A stretch of 32,000 bases of DNA, taken from Pirellula staleyi DSM 6068. GTDB lineage: Bacteria; Planctomycetota; Planctomycetia; Pirellulales; Pirellulaceae. Each line of letters opens with the position of its first letter. The first letter of the stretch is position 1. Under the pieces are notes generated by a model, which was not told the origin of the DNA, did no database searches, and saw nothing but the letters and a program-made list of their open reading frames with translations. Made by a program: the position numbers and the translations under genes. Shown in pieces: positions 1 through 7,068 of the stretch. The stretch spans positions 3,180,001 to 3,212,000 of the forward strand of contig CP001848.1 of assembly GCA_000025185.1 (NCBI GenBank). Reading direction: 5' to 3'.

Positions 1-202
1 GTTTCACTTCATCCGCAACCATAGTCGACCTACGCTTCTATAAAGCGAATCCGTGGGCAAAAGCGATTCACTACCTCAACTTCTCTTCAATTACATCGAT
101 CTATTTCTACTCTTCGCGGAAAGTCGGTTTCAGGCAACTTTTCCGCGAGAATTTCAATCGTGGAGAGGAAAAAACGACAGGACAATTTTCGATCACAAGC
201 TG

Positions 203-730
203 CTACTGATTCGGTCCGCCGTGGACAGGCTCGGCGATGACTTTCGACTCAGCAACGGCAGTGGGGTTGAGGGTCGAACGGCCCCAGGCCACTTCCAGTG
301 GAAGTCGCGAGAAGTCGACAATGCAACCATCGCGGCTGTAGCAGCTCAGATCGTGCGTGGCTCCCATGAAAATGCAATCGACCGGGCAGGGCTCGACGCA
401 CAATGCACAAAACATGCACTTCGAATAATCGATGGCAAAACCGGTGATTTTGAAGCCTTTGCTCCCCTCGACCCGCTCTTTACCGATGTAAATGCAGTCG
501 ACCGGGCAAGCCTTGGCGCACTGGTCGCAGGCGATGCAGGTGGTGAGGTCGTAGCGATGAAAACCACGATAGCGGGCCGCCACCGGCACGGGCTTTTCGG
601 GGTACTCAAAACGCTCGGTGAATGTGCCACGCTCAGGCTGATAGGTGATAAGCCAATAGCGGAGCGTGACATACATACCGTGGCCGACGGTGTAGACAGC
701 CAGATAGATGTTTCGCAGCCAATCCCACAT
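203..730 (-). CDS. nuoI: NADH-quinone oxidoreductase subunit I (2x[4Fe-4S] ferredoxin-type subunit)
   Basis: 175-aa ORF with ATG at 730. Two CxxCxxCxxxCP cluster motifs ([12 protein letters not shown] and [12 protein letters not shown]). The N-terminal hydrophobic segment plus YPEKP...RYRGFH is typical of NuoI/TYKY. Confidence 0.9.
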   Translation of the reverse strand: MWDWLRNIYLAVYTVGHGMYVTLRYWLITYQPERGTFTERFEYPEKPVPVAARYRGFHRYDLTTCIACDQCAKACPVDCIYIGKERVEGSKGFKITGFAIDYSKCMFCALCVEPCPVDCIFMGATHDLSCYSRDGCIVDFSRLPLEVAWGRSTLNPTAVAESKVIAEPVHGGPNQ

Positions 731-1151
731 AGGAAGTGATCTTCAGCAAGCTGTTGCAGCTACGCGGGTTCGGAAGAACCTTCGTGGCAGCATGGTTGGT
801 AACAGGCGCATTTTTGCCGATCGACTTAGCCGATTATAGGCGGCTGGCGATGGTCCGCAAGCGAGGGTGCTGGCAACGGAATTCCACAAAATCTACCAGT
901 GCGCGATCGGTTTCCGCACAATCGAGCACACTGACGCAGCTCGCCAAATTCGTCCACTGAAGCCGTAGCTGTCGAAGATACTGATCACAGAACCTCCGAA
1001 AGATGGTTTTACAATTGTAGTTTCGACAGGCTTTTCGAGGGTGCATCGGCGGTTGTGGGGTGAAAACGAATTTCACCGCGAGTTGTCTGGCATAATGGAA
1101 CTACAGATACCACCTGAAGTAGCGTGCTCGCTAGCGATGGGGGCTTGAATG

Positions 1152-1436
1152 CTAGCAGATTTTTGGCTGATGCCGCCGAATGTTCCAGGCGTCAAGTCGC
1201 ATGCTATTGGCAGATCGAGAGTTAGGGCGAGAAATGAACTTAGTCAGCTGGGTGTTAAATGGGGCAGTTCTTGCCTTTTGTATCGGGCGCTTTTCCAATA
1301 ATTTTTCGAATTCCCAAGCTTCTGGCGCTTGAATTCTTGACTGGCAGTTTTCGCGATCCACAATAAAACGAAGGCCTACCTTAAACTTGTCCTCTTCGGA
1401 CAGGTAGCGCCTCCTCGCTCGATGGTCCGCTAGCAA
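1152..1436 (-). CDS. Doubtful small hypothetical ORF (94 aa, TTG start) in an AT-richer patch
   Basis: Only an open frame. No recognisable motif, a rare start codon, and AT-rich codons atypical for the rest of the window. It may be non-coding. Confidence 0.2.
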   Translation of the reverse strand: MLADHRARRRYLSEEDKFKVGLRFIVDRENCQSRIQAPEAWEFEKLLEKRPIQKARTAPFNTQLTKFISRPNSRSANSMRLDAWNIRRHQPKIC

Positions 1437-1515
1437 TTTTGATCAGCGTCTAGCAAATCATTCTCAAGCGTGAGGGGATGCGGCAGGAATCGCTCCGGTA
1501 CGGAAGGAACGCGCC

Positions 1516-1713
1516 ATGTTGGTGCTATCACGGAAAAAGAACGAGAGTATCGTCATCAACAACGACATCACGATTGTGGTGGTCGAGATTCGCGGCGACA
1601 AAGTACGTCTGGGAGTTGAAGCTCCTAAGGAAGTGCCAGTCCACCGCCGCGAGGTCTACGATGCCATTAAGCGTGCCGAAGCTGGTGAGTCGGCTCCCAA
1701 GCCGGCTGAATAG
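1516..1713 (+). CDS. csrA: Carbon storage regulator CsrA (RNA-binding translational regulator)
   Basis: 65 aa. MLVLSRKKNESIVI...VRLGVEAPKEVPVHRREVY matches the CsrA/RsmA signature (MLILTR...IGI.AP..V.V.REE.Y). A GGAAGGA SD-like element lies 8-14 nt upstream of the ATG. Confidence 0.95.
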   Translation: MLVLSRKKNESIVINNDITIVVVEIRGDKVRLGVEAPKEVPVHRREVYDAIKRAEAGESAPKPAE

Positions 1714-2075
1714 TTTCGGGGCATTGCACGTAGGCCCTGTCGCTGCATCTTGTTGTAAGCGAGAGGGTTAGCGTATTCGTTCGTATGCGTTCCCAGAGGC
1801 TTGCCTACCAATCTGCCAGTTCAGCACCCCTCGATTGCTGCTGGCCTTCGGTTATTGTTCGCCCACCTGTTTTTTAAAAAAAACGTGCACCGTCCGTGAA
1901 CTCACAAGCCCATTTGCGGGTCTCTTGGTCGGATGGAAGAGAAGATCGTCGATGCAGGCTGTACTGCATCCCCTTGACGATCAGAACATCTCTGTCGTAT
2001 ATCAAAGGCTTGCTGAACAGCGGGTTCCGCAGTTGCCGATAACTGTTGGAGTACTCGCTGGTTTGCATTTTAGAC

Positions 2076-2148
2076 GGCCCCATCGTCTAGAGGCCTAGGA
2101 CATCGCCCTTTCACGGCGGTAACAGGGGTTCGAATCCCCTTGGGGTCA
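2076..2148 (+). tRNA. tRNA-Glu (anticodon UUC)
   Basis: Hand-folded cloverleaf. Acceptor stem GGCCCCA/TGGGGTC (one G-U pair), D-arm GTCTAGAGGCCTAGGAC, anticodon loop CTTTCAC (anticodon TTC), T-arm GGGGTTCGAATCCCC, discriminator A. CCA is not encoded. Near-identical in layout to bacterial tRNA-Glu. Confidence 0.93.
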
Positions 2149-2159
2149 GTTTTTCGAAA

Positions 2160-2194
2160 CCGCTGCGGAGTGAATCGCTCCACAGCGGTTTTTT
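2160..2194 (+). terminator. Rho-independent terminator downstream of tRNA-Glu
   Basis: Stem CCGCTGCGGAG / CTCCACAGCGG (10 bp plus 1 mismatch), 7-nt loop, followed by T6 at 2189-2194. Confidence 0.8.
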
Positions 2195-2356
2195 CGTGCG
2201 CTCACCGAGTCGCGCTCGCCCCGCACCGTTGCTTTTGGTCCGCACGAATCTAAAGTGCGGGGATGATTTAGTGGCCAGTGTCTCATCCCAGCGGCACTGG
2301 CGATTCCTCTACAATCGTGCTCAGCAACCTTTGTCTCAGGCAGCGGAGAATTTCTA

Positions 2357-3409
2357 GTGGCGGCCAACTACGACGCGTTCCTGCTTATTTCCTTCGGTGG
2401 TCCCGAGGGACCCGACGATGTGATGCCGTTTCTCGAAAACGTGCTCCGTGGCAAGAACGTCCCGCGTGAGCGGATGCTCGAAGTGGCTGAGCACTACAAC
2501 CATTTCGGTGGCGTGAGCCCGATCAACAGCCAATGCCGCGAGTTGCTCGAGGCGTTGAAAGTGGAGTTTGCTGCGAGCGGTGTCAACTTGCCCATCTACT
2601 GGGGCAACCGCAACTGGACACCCATGCTCCGCGACACCATGGAGCAGATGAAGAAGGATGGAGTGAAGCGGGCGATTGCTTTTTTCACGTCGGCCTACAG
2701 CAGCTACAGCGGCTGTCGCCAGTATCGCGAAAACATCATGACCGCTCAGCAAGAGGTGGGAGAAGGGGCACCTGCAGTCGACAAGCTGCGCGTCTTTTTC
2801 AACCATCCTGGCTTTATCGAGCCGATGATTGCTCGCACGCGCGATGCGATTGCAAAGTTGCCCCCCGAGAAGCAATCGGGGGTAAAGATTCTCTTCACCG
2901 CTCATAGCATTCCGATGGGGATGGCGACGAATTGCCGCTATGAAGTGCAGCTCAGCGAGGCCTCGCGACTGGTGGCCGAAGGGGTAAACATTCCCGACTG
3001 GAAACTGGTGTATCAGAGCCGCAGTGGACCTCCGTCGCAGCCGTGGCTCGAGCCTGATGTGTCCGATGCACTGGCCACTATTGCTGCCGAGCATCCAGGA
3101 GCCGGTGTTGTCGTCGTGCCGATCGGATTTATTTCCGATCACATGGAAGTGATGTTCGACCTCGATGAGGAAGCGATGCACAAAGCAGGCGAGCTAGGCC
3201 TCTCGATGGTGCGTGCTGCAACCGTGGGAAGTGATCCACAGTTTGTGCAGATGATTCGCCAGTTGGTGGTTGAGCGGATGAGCGACAATCCCGAACGTTT
3301 GGTGCTTGGGCAATTGCCGCCGAATCACGATGTTTGCCCGGCAGATTGCTGTAAGTATGAGCCGGTTCGGCCACCGATGGGGGCTGGACGACCAGCAGCG
3401 AGGCCGTAA
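2357..3409 (+). CDS. hemH: Ferrochelatase (actinobacterial/CpfC-like type with Cys-rich C-terminal extension)
   Basis: 350 aa with a GTG start directly after an in-frame TAG. Motifs: N-terminal DAFLLISFGGPEGPDDVMPFLENV, FTAHSIP (catalytic His region), IGFISDHMEV. The C-terminus carries C327-x3-C331-C332. Confidence 0.9.
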   Translation: MAANYDAFLLISFGGPEGPDDVMPFLENVLRGKNVPRERMLEVAEHYNHFGGVSPINSQCRELLEALKVEFAASGVNLPIYWGNRNWTPMLRDTMEQMKKDGVKRAIAFFTSAYSSYSGCRQYRENIMTAQQEVGEGAPAVDKLRVFFNHPGFIEPMIARTRDAIAKLPPEKQSGVKILFTAHSIPMGMATNCRYEVQLSEASRLVAEGVNIPDWKLVYQSRSGPPSQPWLEPDVSDALATIAAEHPGAGVVVVPIGFISDHMEVMFDLDEEAMHKAGELGLSMVRAATVGSDPQFVQMIRQLVVERMSDNPERLVLGQLPPNHDVCPADCCKYEPVRPPMGAGRPAARP

Positions 3410-3429
3410 CGAATTCCGAGCGTTGCGGC

Positions 3430-4611
3430 TCACGGCTGAAGTTCCACGGCGATGGCAACGGCGCCTCCTCCGCCAAGGCAAAGTGTGGCCACGCCTCGCG
3501 AGAGGCCTCGCGCGGCAAGTGCATGAAGCAAAGTGACCACGACCCGTGCACCGCTGCATCCGATGGGGTGTCCCAGGGCAATGGCCCCCCCATGCACGTT
3601 CAGCCGATCGTGCTTGATCGAGAGCCCGCGCATGCAGGCTATGGTTTGAGAAGCAAATGCTTCGTTGATTTCCCACAGATCGACATCGGCGCTGTTCCAC
3701 CGCGCGCGATTGAGCAGCTGATAGACAGCGTCGATAGGGGCTTCAAACAAGTCGCGAGGTGCACGGCTCACGCTGCTGGTGGCCACTATTTTCGCCCGTA
3801 ATGCTCCAGTGGCATGACTAGCGATTTCTTCACTCACCACCACCACTGCAGCTGCTCCGTCGCTGATCTGCGAGGCATTCCCGGCGGTCGTTGTTCCCGC
3901 TGGATCGAACGCGGGACGCAGTCGCGCAAGATCATTTGCAATGATTCCCGGTCGGGGACCTTCGTCGCGATCCACGGTGGTGGTTCCCGATTTCGCCGTG
4001 ATTGAAATCGGTACGATCTCTTTTTGAAAGAGCGCCAGTTCTTGGGCTTTGGCTGCGCGATGATGACTTTCGAGCGCGAAGGCATCGAGTTCTTCGCGCG
4101 CGATCGAATGTTGGGTCGCCAGCCGATCGGCAATGGCTCCCATCGAGAGTTTTTCGGTGGCGCAGGTGAGCCCGTCGTGCTGCAGCGCGTCGAGGAGCGT
4201 GAGGTCGCCAAACTTCACGCCGGTGCGACCTGTGGTTAGCAAATGGGGTGCTCGGCTCATGCTCTCCATGCCGCCCGCCACCACCACGCGCGCATCGCCA
4301 GCACGAATCATTCGAGCGGCTTGCGTAATCGCATCGAGCCCCGAACCGCAAACGCGGTTGATCGTCACCGAGGTTGTCGCGACAGGTAAGCCGGCCAGCA
4401 GCAGCGCTTGGCGCGCGGGGGCTTGTCCCGCACCCGCCTGGAGCACTTGTCCCAGAATCACTTCCTCGACGAGAACAGGATCGATATTCGCATCGGCGAC
4501 AGCAGCGAGCATTGCCATGGAAGCAAGTTCCTGCGCCGAGAAACTTGCGAGTGCGCCGGTAAGTTTTCCCAGAGGTGTTCGGCGTGCCGCAATCAAATAA
4601 GGAGTCGACAT
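3430..4611 (-). CDS. Acetyl-CoA C-acetyltransferase (thiolase II)
   Basis: Motifs: NRVCGSGLDAI (active-site Cys), NEAFA, GHPIGCSGARV, CLGGGGAVAI. The start is set at the internal ATG 4611 (MSTPYLIAARRTPLGK...), which has AAAGGA upstream. The ORF is open up to 4692. Confidence 0.9.
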   Translation of the reverse strand: MSTPYLIAARRTPLGKLTGALASFSAQELASMAMLAAVADANIDPVLVEEVILGQVLQAGAGQAPARQALLLAGLPVATTSVTINRVCGSGLDAITQAARMIRAGDARVVVAGGMESMSRAPHLLTTGRTGVKFGDLTLLDALQHDGLTCATEKLSMGAIADRLATQHSIAREELDAFALESHHRAAKAQELALFQKEIVPISITAKSGTTTVDRDEGPRPGIIANDLARLRPAFDPAGTTTAGNASQISDGAAAVVVVSEEIASHATGALRAKIVATSSVSRAPRDLFEAPIDAVYQLLNRARWNSADVDLWEINEAFASQTIACMRGLSIKHDRLNVHGGAIALGHPIGCSGARVVVTLLHALAARGLSRGVATLCLGGGGAVAIAVELQP

Positions 4612-4751
4612 CGCGAGATTCCTTTCGCCAGTAAGTTTAGCGATCGAGGAGGAGAGGTTTCGCGCAAGCGAACTGACGGCTGCAGGGTACAATCAGCTGC
4701 TATCTGCATTCTACCTGATTGCGCATCTCACCTCGCAGCGGACTATTTCTC

Positions 4752-5738
4752 GTGACCACTCCGACTTCCCCCGTCGAGCGCCGAGAGCTCGGAAAAACAG
4801 GCATTTTTGTATCACCGGTCGCCCTCGGATGCTGGCCAATTGCCGGGATGACGAGTCTGGATGTAAACGACCAGGACAGTTTGGCAACGCTTCAAGCGAC
4901 ACTCGATTCGGGGATCAATTTTCTCGATACCGCCTATTGCTACGGCGCATTTGGCGAGAGTGAAAAGTTGATAGCCGAGGCGATTCGAGGGCGTCGCGAG
5001 AAAGTGGTGATTGCTACGAAGGGTGGATTGCACTGGAAGTCGCCCACCGAGCGAGCCTACGACGGGACCCCACAGAAATTGATCGCCGAGTGCCACGAAA
5101 GCCTTGCGCGACTCGGCACCGACTACATCGACCTGCTGTACCTACATGCCAGTGATCCGAAAACGCCGGTGGAAATTTCAGCCGAGGCGTATGTGGCCCT
5201 GAAATCGGAAGGGAAGATTCGTGCCGTTGGTGTTTCGAATCTCACGCTCGAGCAACTGCAGAAGTTCGCTGCGGTTTGTCCGGTCGATGCCATCCAGCCA
5301 CCTTACAACATGCTGCAACGCGAAATTGAAAACGACTTACTGCCGTACTGTCTCGAGCACTCGATTGCCGTTTGCGTCTACTGGCCTCTGATGAAAGGCT
5401 TGCTGGCTGGCAAGCTTCCGCGTGACTACGTTTTTCGGCCCGGTGATGGCCGCGCAAAGTATCCAATGTTTCAAGGGGAAGAGTGGCTGAAGAATCAGGA
5501 CTTTCTCGATGAACTTCGCGTCATCGCCGCTGAATGCGGAAAAACGGTGGCTCAGCTGGTAGTGAACTGGACGATCCACCAACCTGGGATTACGGTGGCT
5601 TTATGCGGCGCAAAACGCCCCGATCAAATCGCGGAGACCGCCGAAAGCATGGGCTGGAGTCTCTCCGCGTCTCAGATCGAGCGTATCGAAACGGCACTAG
5701 CTCGGCGTGGTTTACCACTCACACGCGGGGCGGTTTAA
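4752..5738 (+). CDS. Aldo/keto reductase family oxidoreductase
   Basis: N-terminal RELGKTGIFVSPVALGCW. Catalytic tetrad context: LDTAYCYG (Asp, Tyr), ATKGG (Lys), LLYLHASD (His). The start is ambiguous between GTG 4752 (preferred on family N-terminal length) and TTG 4719. Confidence 0.85.
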   Translation: MTTPTSPVERRELGKTGIFVSPVALGCWPIAGMTSLDVNDQDSLATLQATLDSGINFLDTAYCYGAFGESEKLIAEAIRGRREKVVIATKGGLHWKSPTERAYDGTPQKLIAECHESLARLGTDYIDLLYLHASDPKTPVEISAEAYVALKSEGKIRAVGVSNLTLEQLQKFAAVCPVDAIQPPYNMLQREIENDLLPYCLEHSIAVCVYWPLMKGLLAGKLPRDYVFRPGDGRAKYPMFQGEEWLKNQDFLDELRVIAAECGKTVAQLVVNWTIHQPGITVALCGAKRPDQIAETAESMGWSLSASQIERIETALARRGLPLTRGAV

Positions 5739-5930
5739 CCCCGCAATCTCACTCGGCAAGCCCTGGGCGAAGTCGCTTTGTGTGGCTATCTTAGGGAGAG
5801 CCGAACTGACTCCACCGGGGACATGTTCGGCATTCATTTTGGCAACTTGGTAGACGTTGAACTCGCGCTTCGCACCCGTGGATTGCACGTGGCACGAGCG
5901 TCCCAGTAATCGAGAGAAGCAGCACCCGCT

Positions 5931-6350
5931 ATGCAGTATGGAATTATCAAGTCGGTTTCGTTCGAGCGAGGTTTTGGATTTATCCGGCAGCAGCGAGGTC
6001 TCGACGTCTACTTTCATGCGACCGTGGTCGTCGATCAGGCATTCGAGCGCATCCAGCCCGATCAGCCGGTGAAATACGAACTGGAAAAGCGTGATCGCGA
6101 TGCGCCGAAAGATCCCCGCGAAAAAGGTCCTCGCGCCATCAAGGTCGAGTTGATCGATCGCGTACCGGGAGGCATTCTCGCCCCACCTCCACCAGCACAA
6201 GCTCCCAAACATCATCCCCGCGCCCGTCAGCGAAAGCCGACTTGGCGACGCAGCATTGGCGAGCCTGCTCCCTCCGCCGATGCCCCCGACAGCTCAGGTG
6301 CGGAAGGGGTGACGGACGCAGGCGGATCGGATATACCATCGCAAGAGTGA
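5931..6350 (+). CDS. Cold-shock-domain protein with long Pro/Arg-rich C-terminal extension
   Basis: 139 aa. N-terminal MQYGIIKSVSFERGFGFIRQQ...DVYFHAT matches the CSD RNP1 (GFGFI) and RNP2 (V.FH) motifs. The second half is low-complexity (PPPPAQAPKHHPRARQRKPTWRR...). Confidence 0.8.
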   Translation: MQYGIIKSVSFERGFGFIRQQRGLDVYFHATVVVDQAFERIQPDQPVKYELEKRDRDAPKDPREKGPRAIKVELIDRVPGGILAPPPPAQAPKHHPRARQRKPTWRRSIGEPAPSADAPDSSGAEGVTDAGGSDIPSQE

Positions 6351-6389
6351 TTGGTTTCGATTTCGCAGCGCTTCGTGGGAGTCATCGCG

Positions 6390-6938
6390 ATGAAACTGAC
6401 GATTCCCGTGGCCCTGGCCACGGCACTGATCCTGGGTTCGATGGCTCACGCTGCTGACGACGCTGCCGAAGCATCGGATGCCGCATCGATTTCACAACGT
6501 CACCTCGCAGCGTGGCAATTGGCCTTTGCTGCAACGATCGATCGCCATCAAGTTGAGGCGGCTGTTTCGAGCGACGATGCAGTGATGCGCTACTGGGGCG
6601 CGATGGCCATTTTGCGAACGCCCCGTGATTCAGCCGAGCGAGCTGAGATGCTCCCGCTGGTTCAGCCGCTGCTGGCCGATGCCTCACCAGCCGTGCAAGT
6701 GGTCGCTGCCGAAATCGTCGCTCTTTCGCCCGATTCCAAGGTGGGTATCACGCGGCTCGAGACCCTCAGCCAGCATCCGCAAGAGGCGGTACGCGTGCAG
6801 GTGCTGGCAGCTATCGAGCGACTTGCGGCCCATGCGGAAGTCTTGCGCCCAGTTTTGACCGAGGCGCAGAACGATTCGAGTGAGTACGTGAAACGAATCG
6901 CTAGTCGCACGCTCGCGAAACTTAATCAGCAGCCCTAA
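6390..6938 (+). CDS. Secreted HEAT-repeat protein
   Basis: Signal peptide MKLTIPVALATALILGSMAHA, from the ATG at 6390 with GGGAG upstream. Repeated HEAT-like helices (ASPAVQVVAAEIVA, EAVRVQVLAAIERLA, SEYVKRIASRTLAKL). The ORF is open from 6351. Confidence 0.7.
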   Translation: MKLTIPVALATALILGSMAHAADDAAEASDAASISQRHLAAWQLAFAATIDRHQVEAAVSSDDAVMRYWGAMAILRTPRDSAERAEMLPLVQPLLADASPAVQVVAAEIVALSPDSKVGITRLETLSQHPQEAVRVQVLAAIERLAAHAEVLRPVLTEAQNDSSEYVKRIASRTLAKLNQQP

Positions 6939-7068
6939 AAGCTCGTAGTTCGCCGTGCTGCTTTCTTCGTAATTCTTTCTCGGCCCTCCGGCGAAATGGT
7001 TGAATCGGCTCACACGCCCCGCGATGATTGAGGCAGCCTAACAGCCTCTTCCAGCGAGTGAGCGCGCG

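Noticed and set aside
1-22. Possible start of nuoJ (ATG at 22 on the minus strand, reading MVADEVK... off the window, with AGGT 6 nt upstream).
   Set aside because: Only 7 codons are visible, which is too little to support a feature call. It is mentioned under the nuo finding only.
1835-2098. 87-aa (+) and 69-aa (-) ORFs between csrA and the tRNA.
   Set aside because: The plus-strand ORF runs into the tRNA-Glu gene. Neither ORF has coding-like features. The region also contains a T6A8 tract (1870-1883) that looks structural or promoter-like, but I cannot assign it a function.
2310-2315. TACAAT hexamers upstream of hemH (2310-2315) and between the thiolase and AKR genes (4688-4693), considered as -10 promoter boxes.
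   Set aside because: There is no acceptable -35 element at 16-18 bp spacing, and the promoter consensus for this lineage is not established. They are too weak to report as features.
5890-5904. A TGGCAC hexamer about 40 nt upstream of the cold-shock-domain gene, considered as a sigma-54 -24 element.
   Set aside because: The -12 position reads TCCC instead of TTGC, so the invariant GC is missing at the required spacing. Other TGGCA-like hits fail in the same way or lie inside a terminator loop or a CDS: 23121 in the terminator loop, 23166-23180, and 28017 inside a CDS.
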